Below are positions 27,839 through 41,850 of a stretch of 64,000 nt of DNA, in pieces (position 1 is the stretch's first letter; the number at the start of each line of letters is the position of its first letter). This DNA is from Octopus sinensis (lineage: Eukaryota), in the NCBI RefSeq assembly GCF_006345805.1, contig NC_043006.1, positions 69,130,001 to 69,194,000 on the forward strand, read 5' to 3'. The notes under the pieces are model-generated. The model was given only the letters and a program-made list of their open reading frames with translations. It had not been told where the DNA came from and searched no databases. Position numbers and translations under genes: made by a program.

Positions 27839-28153
27839 CAGTGGTTTTCAATCAGGGTCCATATAAAGTTTTTGGGAATCCACACAAGCAGAATAGTTAA
27901 CTGGGGACACATAGTAGTATATTAAGGGTCAATAAAAATTTTGCTTTAAACATATCTATTGCTAGAGATAGCTGGATTTCATTCTCTGTTTTACATTGTT
28001 CAACTACACAAGTGAATGTATAAAAAACAAAATAGGAATTGTGAAAGAAGTTTCCATAAAACTAGTTTTTAAACATCGAATGACTACAGGGATCCACCAG
28101 AATAAAACGGTAATCAAAAGGGGTCTATAAATAAAAAAAGTTGAGAACCACTG
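27839..28153. mobile_element. hAT (Charlie-type) MITE downstream of the BAMBI stop codon
   Basis: TIRs CAGTGGTTTTCAA / TTGAGAACCACTG, with an 8-bp TSD CTCTAGAT / CTTTAGAT. Confidence 0.85.
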
Positions 28154-30091
28154 CTTTAGATAATCTCCAATGATTGGAGGGCCTTAGAGCAGTCCCATTC
28201 ACCAGAACAATTAATGGCAAAAGTAGTAATAAATACACACAAGGTGAAAGATCAACAGAGGTCAGGGAGATAGATGTATCAATAGGGTGCTGATATGAAT
28301 AGGGTCTTTATTAACTTCATTGTGGAAACCAACCTCACTGCTATAAAATTGTGAATTCAGTTAAACCTGTAGGTGGCTCATGTACTGAGTTAAAATCTTT
28401 CTTGGGGCAAAACAGCAGCTTATTCTTCAGAGTGGCAGTAAAATATGTAGAAGCAAAGTACAAATATCTCTTGCATTCAGTCATTTGAGTGTGGCCATGC
28501 TGGATCACCTTTAGTTGAACAAATTGAATCCAGGACTTGCTCTTTGTAAGTCTAGTACTTATTCTATCAGTATCTTTTGCTAAACCGCTAAGTTACGGGG
28601 ATGTAACCACACCAACATTTGTTGTCAATTGGTGGTGGGGGGACAAACACAGACACACACACTCACAAAAATATACATATATATGTATATATACAACAGG
28701 CTTCTTTCAGTTTCTGTCTACCAAATCCACTCACAAGGCTTTGGTCGGCCTGAAGCTATAGTAGAAGACACTTGCTCAAGGTGTCACATTGTGGGACTGA
28801 ACCCGGAACCATGTGGTTGGGAAGCAAACTTCTTACCACACAGCCACTCTTACGCCTATACTGTTATGGTACTAATGTTAATTATCATCAATTAGTGTCG
28901 TTACTAACAGACAGAAGAACAAACTGTGGTGGTTGCAACCGCATCCACTACCAATATTGCTCACTACAACTACATTGAAAGGTCATAAGTTTGAGATGGT
29001 GTTAACTATGCCGAAGTAAGATCCCTATCTGACAAATATCCCTATCTTACTATGGTGTTGGGGAGTCTCATTAACTTAACTGAGGTCCCTCAGACATAGA
29101 GTCAAAGGATGTGGCCCTGTTGGCAGAAGCTGTAGCAAGATATTGAACTTGGTTTAGCTTGTCCATTCATCTGTCTCTATCTTTCATCTCCCCCCTCTCT
29201 CTCTCTCTTTCTCAACTGTATGTATGCATTTGTCTATATGAACAACACACTCAGCTAAGTATATACATATATATATATATACACATATATATGTATATAT
29301 ATATGTATGTATATGCATATATATATATGTATATATATATGTATATGTATATATATATGTATGTGTGTGTGTATATAAATATGTGTATTTATGTATATTT
29401 ATGTGTGTAAGTATATATATAATATATATATATATATATGTGTGTGTTTGTATATATATGTGCATGTCTTATGTACTTACATGTATTTTCTTGTCTCAAC
29501 ATCTCTCTAATGGAGTCGGCATGCTTATTTATGCCTGTCTGTGTATGCACCCACCATACACCCACCCATCCACCCACACACACACACACACACACAAACA
29601 GTCTCAATACATACATGTACGTCTCCATAATTTTAAGTGCCATTAGGTCATATTTTTCCATTATTCTGCATTGCTGTTTGTTTGTTTCGAGTCATTCATT
29701 ATTGTCTGTTATATATATATGAACAATATTTCAATCATTCTTTCATACACACACATACACACGCACACAAATACACATGCACTCAGTTTCTCCTGAGGTG
29801 AGCATACCAAACACTTACACCTGCTTTTTTGTTTCACCTCTTTCTCTCATTTAAATTTATTCGTTGCTTTATTTTTCTCTCTTTTTTGTCTTTTGTATTG
29901 TCTGTAATATAAGTAATACACTTTCGTTAATTAGGATAGTGGCTGCATGAGAAATCTCGGTGCATTGCAGTGAGTGAGTTTAAGCAGATTTATCCATGTG
30001 CATGCACACAAAGAGTATTGTGCATTAATAGATATATATATATATCTTTGCGTATGCATGTATTTGTACTTAAATATGTGTATTTATGCAC

Positions 30092-30155
<64 letters not shown>

Positions 30156-31270
30156 GCATATTATATATATATATATGTGTGTACATGTGTTGGTATGGAT
30201 GTGTGTATATATGTATATATACATACATATTATATATATATATATGTGTGCATGTGTTGGTATGGATGTGTGTAATATATATATATATATGTATGTGTAT
30301 GAATGTTTTTTTGTGTGTGTGTATATATATATATATACAGACACATACATGTGTGTACAGTTATATATATATATATACATGTTTAATTTTGACTGACACA
30401 GAGGAGTTCTCAATACATGTGGGTTTTTTTTTATTGAAATTGAAACTATGAGGTTTGAGTTAAACACCAATGCACTCGAACGTTGCAGTGGTCATGGGAG
30501 GAGAAACTCTCAGAGATTCAGTTTCAATGAAAAACATGCACACACACACATATATTATTATATACATTATGGTTTTACTAAGTCATATAGATATTAATAA
30601 CCAGTTGTTTGAATTCAATATACATGTACTTGGTGTTTGGGAGTTAAGTGTCAACTCGGTACACAGCAGAATGTCAATTAATGCATTACAGTAGAATATA
30701 GCAGTGAAGTAATCACATTCATTATAATACAGCCATTTCAGCTATAAGAAGAAGCACTGCACTCGGGTTGCAGTGATTCTTGTAGCAGAAACAGATGTAA
30801 GCCAATGAAGGTGATTACAAAAGTCCTGTCTTCACACAAACACACACACATAATGATGTATGTATATACGGGATATTGGTGTTGATAGTTCATTTCTAGA
30901 CAAGGTACTTATCTGAGCATATTTTAAATGGTTTTGTGTCAATGTATGTATTTTTCAATATGTGCCTATATAAATATGTGCATATGTGTGTATATACATA
31001 CATGTGTGTGTTTGTGTGTACACTAATGTATATTGATAGATATACATATACACATACATCATGTACAAACATTTTGTATGTGTGTGTGTGCACATATATA
31101 ATATATATAGGCATATGCACTAGCACACGCATTATGTTTATGTGAGTGTATGTATGAAATACATGTGTGTGCGTGTGTGACTTGACTATGAATAATTGGG
31201 TACACTACCAGCAGTATTTTGGATAGGTACTATCCCTTAGTTGGTTTCTCAACCTCTGACTCACACTGAA

Positions 31271-31303
<33 letters not shown>

Positions 31304-31789
31304 ATATGTACTTGTATGTTTGTATACATGTTTTTGTATATATATATATGGATATGTGTATGTATGTATGGATGGATAGATGTACATTTATATATATATA
31401 TATACATATATACGTATATATATACATATATACGTATATATATACATATATATATATATTATATATATATATATATATATAATATATATATACACACACA
31501 CACACAGACATGCACTCACACACACCTACTGTGTCGAAATCTCGTTATATTGAAAAGTGTCCCTAAAGCTGATTAATACCTAACACAGTAATTAGAGCAT
31601 GTATGTGGAGGCCAGGGAGTATGAGAATTTAAGAGGTCGGAGTTGGGGGTGTGGGTGGGGGATGCCATGTCGGTATTGTGGAGGTATTAAGAAATTATAG
31701 AATGAACTCAGATATATATATTTTTGTCTGTGTGTCTCGGCATAACTTGCATATTGAATTACGAAATTAATTTAAGTAATGCATATATA

Positions 31790-31834
<45 letters not shown>

Positions 31835-31983
31835 GTGTGTGTTAGTGGACATGTCTGTATATGTATGTCTCCCCTCCTCTCTCTCTCTCTCTCTCTCCTC
31901 TCCTCCCTCTCCTCTCTCTCTCTCTCTCTCTCTGTTTCTTTGTATGTGGGTGTTTATTTATAGAAGTATATACTTATACATAT

Positions 31984-32023
<40 letters not shown>

Positions 32024-32115
32024 ATATACATACATATATATACACACATATACGTACATGCACACACACATATATACATACATGCACACACACACATATA
32101 TATGTGTGTTTGTGT

Positions 32116-32149
<34 letters not shown>

Positions 32150-32339
32150 ATATATATATATACCATGTTAGTGTCTATGCATATATCAATATAATTAATT
32201 GCATATGAATCATGTATTTATATATGCAGAGACTGATCTTATACACACAAACACACACCCACATCCACTTCTAAGCTTGTTAAGGGATTATATACACATG
32301 CATATAAGCATACGTACTTACATAGCTGATATTGAATGT

Positions 32340-32380
<41 letters not shown>

Positions 32381-34931
32381 ATGCTCATGTCTCGTGTGTG
32401 CAAGTGTTTCTAATTTATATATACATAATATATGTATGTTTATATTTTGTAAAATGTGAAGTGATTTGGATGTATAAAAATTCCCATTCTTTTGTCCTTC
32501 AATATTTGGAATTATTCTGTAAATAACAAGATTTCAAACGCATACACTTATATCACCCTCACACACATACACACACACACATGCACACACACACAATCAA
32601 AATGTATCAGAAAGAATAAAAAAAAACAAAATTATATTTTGTTATAAACAAGAAATTTTATTTATTAAATCGAATTCAATTAAAAAAATTATGTACATAA
32701 ATTGACTTGTTCTGTTGTTATTTTTTAGCATCTTAATATGTTCTTACTATGCTATGTATGTGTGTGTGTGTTTTGTTTTTGTTTGTGTGTGTGTGTGGCT
32801 GTGTGGTTAAGAGGTTTTCTTCTTAACCACACTGTTCCAGTTTCACCTTCACTGTGTGGTACCTTGGGCATGTAGCTTCTACTATATGCCCCAGGCCAAC
32901 CAAAGCCTTATGAGTAGACTTGGTTGGTGGAAGCTGAGAGAAACCTGTCATATATATATATTCTTTTTTACTTGTTTCAGTCATTTGATTGTGGCCATGG
33001 TGGAGCACCGCCTTTAGTCGAGCAAATCAACCCCTTGTAAGCCTAGTACTTATTCTAACGGTCTCTTTTGCTGAAACGCTATATTACAGGGACGTAAACA
33101 CACCAAAATCAGTTGTCAAGCGATGTTGAAGGGACAAACACAGACACACACACACACACACATATATATATGATGAGCATCTTTCAGTTTCCGTCTACCA
33201 AATCCACTCACAAGGCTTTGGTTAGCCCGAGGCTATAGTAGAAGACACTTGGCCAATGTGCTACACAGTGGGACTGAATCCAGAACCATGTGGTTGGTAA
33301 GCAAGCTACTTACCGCACAGCCACTCCACCTATATATGTATGTGTGTATATATAGATATATATTCATATTTGTGTGTTGCATTATCTTGACATCATGTAA
33401 TATTGTAAATGAATGTCGTTGATTACAAATATTCCATTAAAACATTTCTGACCACGAGGAAATATTGGGTTGCTTGGAAACTGTTAAACTTTGTCTAGTA
33501 GGAAGGGCATCCAGCCATAGAAAATCTGCTGCAAATACACTATCTGATCTATGCAAACAAGGTAAAGTGGTTGAGGATTATATATATATAGTTTAAAGAG
33601 ACATAAAAGATGTCTCCATCCAGTGATAGGTAAATATCAATTTAAACACACAACAGAAAGAGTTACTTATAGTTTCATGCTATCATGATACTTGAACAGG
33701 CATATTTATAAAATATGCCATATATTTTGAAGCAATCTTTCAGGTTCTGTTTATGCATTATACTTGCAGAAAGACCTCCCCCTGGGCAGTTTTCTGCTTG
33801 CCCCTTGATAATATTTTCACATTTGATTCTCAGTTTTATAATTTATATATTTTACGTCTAATCATTTCTTTGAATAATATTGCTCACTTGCTTAGTAAAT
33901 ATTGCTTTCATTATTTTATCATACTCATAAACTGTCTCTTTTAAACAAGCATCATGGTAGTCCAACAACAGAGGGGGAGGCAATTTGTCAGATTTTACCT
34001 TCTCTTCAAAGCAACATAGAGATTACAATTCAGTAGTCCATCTGTATGCGTTGCAGTGTGTGTGTGTGTGTGTGCGCGCGTGACAGAGAGCGGGGAGAGA
34101 AAACAATGAACTTGACATGAAATGAGAAAATTGTATAAATAAAAAGGCATTACTACAGATGTATACACTCCCGACTTTGTTGCCTCATAGCATCCAGAAA
34201 AATGGATACTTTTTAACAAAATTTTCTACAAATACCGCTTAGATGTTGTGGTTTCAGAGTATATAGGGATTTATGGGAAAGAATTTTTCCGAGGGGGTGG
34301 AGAGATGAGTTTTGGAAAATTCACACGATCTGACTTTATTCCCTCATAACTTTCAGGAAAATGGATATCTTTTGATGAAAATTTATACAAATCCCTTTCA
34401 AACGGCATAGATTACGATTATAAAGAAATTTGTGGGGAAAAGTTTTCGGGTATTTTCCCAATTTTTTTTTAACCACACTCTTCGAGATCGAGATGATGGG
34501 GTTGGGTGAGGGGCATCTTGGTATGAAAAATGTTTTTGAAAACTCGTTTTTTTTTTTACAATCCCCCTCCCTCATCATTCCACTCCGGACCTATTTAGGC
34601 CATTTTTTTTTGCACTTCTAAACCATGGGAAGAGCATTTTCGGGGGGAAAAAAGACGAAAATAAATATTTTCAGAGGAAAAAGTGAATGATTTAAGGACG
34701 ATTTGGCTGTTGGTTCTAGCACATCGAAATACAATCCTCCTCGTTTCTTTATCACTCTCGCATCTATTGATAGTTTTGAAATATTCTTTACCCATAAATA
34801 CATTTATTTGCTATACAAAAAAAATTTTCGAGAAATTATGAATTTTTTGCAACCCCACTCCCTACTCCCGATTGTTTCTGTTTAGAAATTAAAATATTGG
34901 AAAGCCTGAGGTCATTGCTGGCATTTATCCA

Positions 34932-35206
34932 CAGCTTGGAAGATGTTTGTAAGCCATTCAAGAACACACGAAAACAAGTTTCGCTTCAACATTTAAATTT
35001 CATTTGTGTCAAAATATTTTCGTCGCTTTGAAACCGCGACCTGTTCACTGATTAAACTTCATAAAATTGATGCAGCACGAAGTTTTCTCAGTGAACAGGT
35101 CGCGGTTTCAATGCGACGAAAATATTTTGACACAAATGAAAATTAAATGTTGAAGTGAAACTGTTTTCGTGTGTTCTTGAATGGCTTACAAACATCTTCC
35201 ACGCTG
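34932..35206. repeat. Palindromic (foldback) element with arms of about 125 bp
   Basis: TGGAAGATGTTTGTAAGCCATTCAAGAACACACGAAAAC...CGCGACCTGTTCACTGA is followed by its reverse complement. A collapsed version with similar termini (CAGCGTGGAA...TTCCACGCTG) is at 48049-48105. Confidence 0.9.
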
Positions 35207-36686
35207 AAATTGTTGTTGATTTAAAAAAGGAGTTATGTAAACGATAGTTCATATTAATAGCATACTTTTCGGTTAGAAAATGTTTTTCTTACACACACAC
35301 ATGGCTTCGCTTGATTTAGGTGGAGGTAAAATTTAAATTACAATTTATTTTGCTGTTTTACTTTCCCCATTGGACCACGCGTGTGTTACTTCGCCATCAT
35401 CATTCCATAAAATGTGTTTAATGGTAGAAAAATATTGAAAAAATCATCAATACATGTGAGAGTGAAAAGGGAGGCTGGTTGACTTAGGTTGTGCGAGAGA
35501 CAACAACGAAACCACCCTTGAATTACAATTTTTTCTTTCTTTTTTTTTTTACAGTTTTTAAGTTAAAAAGGAAAATGGCCAAAAATCTGTCCGGATAGTC
35601 GTTATTGTAAGACTTATAGCGTTCCACGTAGCCATAAAAACAAAAACACTTAAATCATTTTTTGTCATAAAAGTTATACGGGTATTCTAAAAAGTTTTCA
35701 TTCAATAATGTTTTTACATTACATAACGAATTAAAACTTGAAATTAAAATATTAAAAGAGAAAGTGAGAGATTTTGCAACTGAAAATGGAATACTCCGCA
35801 GTGAATATTTAAATTTGTGAAGAATTGGACGCAGTGAATGCAACGAATGTTTAAATTTGCGAGAAATTGGAGTTAAAAAATTCAATAAACGCGAAAAATC
35901 GAAATTATAGGAAATTTCTTAGAACATGAATTTATAAAAATATTTCCTGATGGTTAACCCTTTAATAATTACTTTTTTCTAGTACTTTTAGTAATTGTTT
36001 CACACCTAATTAATAAGCAGCTTTCTCCATTAGAGTATAGATTTTAAGAACAAGGGCGCTGGACAGTAAGAAAAACGTGAAGCAGGTTGGTGCCAAAAAA
36101 TGGCACGAGAAAAAAAGAAACAACATCAAGAAAATTAAGATCCTCCCTGGTTTACAGAAAGCTCATTGAATACAACTTGTTTAGTACAAAATAATGGAAA
36201 ATATGTCAAAGTCTGTAAGACAGCAACTCAATCCGGAGCGGGTGGTACCCTCCAATTTGATAAAAGAAACCTGTCCATATGTCTACATCTATTAAAAATT
36301 TCAGCTCTTGAATTAAGCAGTGTGTGTGTACACACACACACACACACAGATATGCACTCAGTTAAAAACATTAATATTATGGAACTGTTATTGTTACCAA
36401 AATTAGTTGGTCTCAGACACTTTCAGAAAATTATTATAACATCTGCTTAATATTATCTGTTGGTTATTGTTATCTAAAAGGTTCCATTTCTGTGTACTCA
36501 AATTGTTTCCCAGTCTGTGTGTGTACTTATTTTCTGATATGCAAGTCGAATTTTGCAGACCAAAATTCATAGCTAGAAATGGTAGGTCAACTTATATGAA
36601 CTTTGGAGGACCATGAATTCCATGTGAAATGCAGTTACGATGCTCGGAAAGATAGTTGTGATGTTTGAATGTTTTCAATAGATATA

Positions 36687-37910
36687 CGAGGGTCGGCCAA
36701 AAAGTCTATAGGGTAACCAAGAAACTCTCAGGGAATGTAACCAAATGAGGGTTATTTTTCAACATAATCCCCCCACCCTTGTGGTCCACACACTTCTTCC
36801 ATCAGTGTTGATGTGTTTGCACCTCTTGATGAAAAAGCTTTCATCATCTTGCTCAAATATTCATCAACAGGAGATATGATGTCACCTCGTCCACTACGAT
36901 ACTGGTTCCCAGGCAGGCTTTTTTTTCATGGGGAACCGATGATGATCAGATGGGGCCAAAGAAGAAGTATATGGATGGTGATCTATCAGTTAAAAGCCAC
37001 AATTAAGCATAGTAGCCATTGAAATCAAACTCTTGTGTCGGAGCATTATCCTGTTGAAACCAAAGCCCTTTCATCAGTTTTCCAGGACATTTGGTCTTGG
37101 TCACCTGTAACTACTTCTACAAGTTGGCATAGTACACACCATTCATGTGGCTCTTTTGAAGATAGTCAGTAAATACAATGTCTTTCGCATCTTAAGAAAC
37201 TGAGACCATCACCTTCCCTCGGCCTTCTTTGGAGCTGGCGAGGAGGGGTGTTTCTACTGCATAGATTATCTTTTTATCTCTGAATCAAAGTGATGAATCC
37301 AACACTCATCCTGGGTTAGGAAACATTCAAGGAATCCAGCTGGATCAGTCACAAACAAAGTCAGATTTTCCCGCGAAGTGATCATCTTGGTGCGCTTTTC
37401 ACAAGGTGTCAGAATACGTGGCACCCACTGAACAGAAACCTTCGTCATGTGAACTTCATTGTACAGAATATTCTGAACTTTCTCAGGAGATATCCTAATC
37501 GCATTGGCTATTTGAATTATAGTCAATTACCTGTCATCCATCATGCAATGAACGTGATCAATGTTTTTCTCGGCGACGTCCAGTCCTTGGGGGCTATGGT
37601 CAAGACTCTCACTTCCCCTCCTAAATTCAGCTGACCACATTGGCACAATTGATAAACTAGAACGTCATCCCCCAATGTTGCAACCATGTCAGCACGAATC
37701 TCCTTGGCGGTTAAATACTTTTTCTGCGGATACTTGATAACACCACGATGCCATATTTTGTCCATTTTTAAGAGAAGTCGCTTTGTAGTTATTTTTAAGT
37801 CTTCTTTGAACAGTTAGATGTCAGTTTACCTGGAAAGAAACGATGCAGTTATTAATAAGAAAAGCATCACTCTTTCATAGCCAGCCAATGAACTTTTCAG
37901 CTCACTCTCG
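36687..37910 (-). mobile_element. Second decayed mariner transposon (different subfamily)
   Basis: Degenerate TIRs TA-CGAGGGTCGGCCAAAAAG and CTTTTCAGCTCACTCTCG-TA. Broken transposase segments: MDKIWHRGVIKY..KEIRADMVATLGDD and KVSVQWVPRILT...FLTQDECWIHHFD. Confidence 0.9.
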
Positions 37911-38024
37911 TATATCATTGACTCTCCTGTCGTATATATCAAATGAAGTGTTCTGTGATTTTTTTAAGCAGTGTCATTCGTCTCAAGTTTTCCATGGAAA
38001 CATATCCTCCCAAGAGGAAATATT

Positions 38025-38640
38025 CTATTCTACTCTAGGCACAAAGCCGGAAATTATTGGGGACGGGGCCAGTCGATTAGATCGACCCCAGTACTCAACT
38101 GGTACTTAATTTATCGAACCCGAAAGGATGAAAAGCAAAATCGATATCGGCGGAATTTGAACTCAGAACGTGAAGACGGACGAAATTACTGCTAAGCATT
38201 TCGCCCGGCGAGCTAACGTTTCTTATTTCTTTATTGCCCACAAGGGGCTAAACATACAGGGGACAAACAAGGACAGACAAAAGGGATTAAGTCGATTATA
38301 TCGACCCCAGTGCGTAACTGGTACTTAATTTATCGACTCCGAAAGGATGAAAGGCAAAGTTAACCTCGGTGGAATTTGAACTCAGAACATAAAGACAGAC
38401 GAAATACCTATTTCTTTACTACCCACAAGGGGCTAAACACAGAGGGGAACAAACAAGGACAGACAAATGGATTAAGTCGATTATATCGACCGCAGTGCGT
38501 AACTGGTACTTATTTAATCGACCACGAAAGGATGAAAGGCAAAGTCGACCTCGGCGGAATTTGAACTAAGAACGTAACGGCAGCCGAAATACCTCAAAGC
38601 ATTTCGCCCCGCGTGCTAACGTTTCTGCCAGTTCGCCGCC
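38025..38640 (-). mobile_element. Composite of three stacked family-A SINE modules
   Basis: The block ATCGACCCC..AACTGGTACTT..GAAAGGATGAAAGGCAAAGTCGACCTCGGCGGAATTTGAACTCAGAAC occurs three times. The outer TSD-like flanks are CCAAGAGGAAATATT / CCAAGGGGAAATATT. Similar stacks are at 46555-47075 and 58777-59178. Confidence 0.85.
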
Positions 38641-40645
38641 TATCCAAGGGGAAATATTACATTGCTTGGAAACAGGTGAGGGTTGGCGACAGTAAAATCA
38701 TTCGAGCGCAGAAAATATACCTGAACGACACATCTAGTATGGAAAAGGAAACGTTAAAGCGACGATGATGAGTACATAATATACATGAATTACTGTTCAA
38801 TGTAAGGTTGTAATAATAGACACAGCAGACGTCTAGAACTATTTCATACGTCTAGTAAATTTAATTATTCATGTACAAAACTAATGATAGCGAAAACCTT
38901 AACAATGAAGAATAAATACCACAGTGATCTATGTAACAGTACTACCAGTCGAAATTGTCTGGTGTAATTGGTGAACTTAATAATTCTATGTACGTAAGGC
39001 GGTAAGCTGGCAGAATTGTTAGCACGCTGAGAAAAACCCTTAGCGACATTTCATTCGTCTTTGCCTCGTGAGTTCGAATTCCGCCGAAGTCAGCTTTGCA
39101 CTTCATCTCTTTCGGGATCGATAAAATAAGTACCAGATGAGTAGTGGAGTTGATGTAACGGACTTAGCCCTTCCCTACCATCCTGAAACTGCTGGCCTCG
39201 TGCCAAAAATTGAAATCAATGATTTTGTATACGTAAGGAGGCGAGCAAGAAGAATCGTTAGCAATGCAGGCCAAAATGCTTAGAAGCATTTCGTCTGTCT
39301 TTACATCGTGAGTTCGGGTTTCGCCGAGAACTACTTTTCTTTTCGGAGTCGATAAAATAAGTAATACGTTGATTACTGGAGTCGATATAATCGACTTACC
39401 CCTCCTTCAAAATTGCTGGCCTTGTGCCAAAATTTGAAACCATTAACTTTAAATACTTTAAGGAGTAACGGCTCCAACCCAATGGGTTTACTTCGTAACA
39501 AAACTTAGTATTATGAATTTGTTTTTATATTTACAGGTGTACAACTAATTTAGTGGAGGCACATGGCCTAGTTGTTAGAGCAGCGGACCTCGCAGTCGCG
39601 GGATCGCGGGTTCGAATCTCAGACCGGGTGATGTGTGTGTTTATAAGCGACACATCTAAGAAGGTAATGGCGAACCTCTGCTGACTCTTTCGCCACAACT
39701 TTCTCTCACTCTTTCCTCCAGCATCTTGCACTTCACCTGCGATGGACCTGCATTCCATCTGAGTGGGGAACCTATACACCAAGGCAAAAAGCAACTAATT
39801 TAAGAGCTTGGTATTAAGTTTACGTTTGAACCAATAAAACGCTTGAAGTTGTTTGTGGTGAGCCAAAGAAAAGTTTTGTGAATTGTTAAGTAATGAGGCT
39901 ATATGAAATGGCGGAAACTTCACAAATTATAAGCGAATTGTTAAATTAATTAGGTTTACAGTGGATTAATTGGAATAAAGAATGTAGTAGAAATGAATGG
40001 TATTCATTAAACAATAAAAGGAAGTTAGGTAATTTTATATTTCGAAATTAAGATTCATTTACGTTAATAGCGATTCTGACGGGGCTCAATTATATTCCAT
40101 AATTATATGAAGCTGTAGGATAAATTGAGGATATTAACTTGTAGTTTATTTAATGAAAGTAAGAGGTACTCATTAGATGATCTTAAAGAAAATTTGTTAA
40201 TTGATATTGTATGATAGTATAAGAATATTTCAGACTCGGTGAGGGGTTTTATAATAAACTATGGAAAAACTAGTGTTAAGGAATATAGATACAGCCTAAA
40301 TAGTATTTTATTTTTATTTCATCTGTTACTTGTTTACTTGTTTCAGTTATTAGTCTGCGGTCATGCTGGGGCACCGCTTTGAAGAATTTCTTAGTCGAAT
40401 GAATTGACCTCAGTAGTTTCTTTTTTAAGCCTAGTATCTGTTCTATCGTTTTTACTGAACCGCTAAATCACGGTGATGTAAGCAAACGCCGGTCGTCAAG
40501 CGATGGAGCGAGCAAGCACAGACCATATACACATGCGCACATATACACAGACAACCTCCACCCACCCCACACACAGTATTAATAATAATCATGAGAATGG
40601 AAATTTTTTTCCACATCTATAATTTTATTAAACAATACTCTTTCG

Positions 40646-40736
40646 TGGACCTACGCGCGTTTCAAGTGCATCGACTGCACACTGTTAGATATGCAACCTT
40701 CTGGTGCCATTTCCGGTACAGTTTCATCAAGGTCCA
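40646..40736 (-). ncRNA. Type-I hammerhead-like motif (C3U variant) upstream of a PLE fragment
   Basis: Minus strand: TGGACC-TTGATGA-[branched stem II region]-GAAA-CGCGCG-TA-GGTCCA. Stem I is 6 bp, stem III is palindromic (ACGCGCGT), and the site is GUA. Confidence 0.6.
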
Positions 40737-41014
40737 TTATTTACTGCCATTTGAAGCTATGCTGAAAGAATCAGCAAGCTGAGTGAATAAAATGCTTTTG
40801 GGATGAATTGGTGTTATTAAAAATAGTCGTATTACCAAGTTTGGTTAGGTGAAACAAAATACAGTTTTGAAAATTGATCAAAGTTAGATTAAAAGTTTGC
40901 ACAGGTTCTTTAGTACTATCAGAAAGTTTGTCATTCAACTCAATTCAAGCTTTAGTGAAGAACAACTTTATTTAGATTAGGTACCACACTCCACTTCAGA
41001 AGAGAATCAAGAAT

Positions 41015-41164
41015 TAGAAAGTATTCTGGTTTAAAGTGTGACATAAAACTGAGATCGCTAATAACAGGAATTACTTAGTACTAACAACACATCATTTCCC
41101 TAACACCAATAAATACCATAAGCTCTTCAACGCAAATAACATTAAGGTAAGTTATTCCTTTACT
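41015..41164 (+). mobile_element. Penelope-like element RT C-terminal/linker remnant
   Basis: RKVFWF (compare RKIIWFNPP), then 41093-41164 HFPNTNKYHKLFNANNIKVSYSFT (compare the PLE motif HFP..HK..KIFNRNTVKISYSC). Confidence 0.75.
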
Positions 41165-41329
41165 ATACATCAGGGTCAATCAAAACCATGTAAGACAAAT
41201 AGAGCCGACAGAAACTGAATGGTAGACTATCGGCTGAATTCAACTAGTAATTAATAGGGCGAGTTTGGTATACATATATACACACATGTCCATACATAAA
41301 TTCATATATATACATATACACATGCATAT

Positions 41330-41675
41330 AAAGGGGTAAAGACCCCCTTCGGTCATGAATGACCATGGGATTGCACCTAGAAAGTTGCCCTCCTAGACAC
41401 AAGTCTGGGCAAGGTTGTTTTTATGGAAGGCCAGCAGTCGCCCATGCATACCAGCCTCCCCTCTCCACGCCACCAGTGTTATCCAAGGGAAAGACAAAGG
41501 TCGATACAGCTTGGCACCAGTGACGTCGCAACTCATTTCTACAGCTGAGTGAACTGGAGCAACGTGAAATAAAGTGCCTTGCTCGAGAACACAACACGCA
41601 GCCCGGTCCGGGATTCGAGCTCACAACCTCACGATCGTAAGCTCGACGCTCTAACCACTGAGCCATGCGCCTTCA
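41330..41675 (-). mobile_element. tRNA-derived SINE family D
   Basis: Head GAAGGCGCATGGCTCAGTGGTTAGAGCG...CTCGAATCCCGG and body TGTTGTGTTCTCGAGCAAGGCACTTTATTTCACGTTGCTCCAG. Related copies are at about 19820-20092, 20560-20780 and 23790-23975. Confidence 0.75.
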
Positions 41676-41677
41676 CA

Positions 41678-41727
<50 letters not shown>

Positions 41728-41811
41728 CATACATACATATATATATATATTTACATACATACACGTATATATTTGTATGTGTTTGCTTACATGTACATAT
41801 TTAGATGCGTA

Positions 41812-41850
<39 letters not shown>

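Noticed and set aside
38025-38640. CRISPR-like repeat array
   Set aside because: Eukaryotic context, with units being ~180-bp SINE modules; there are no unique spacers or cas genes.
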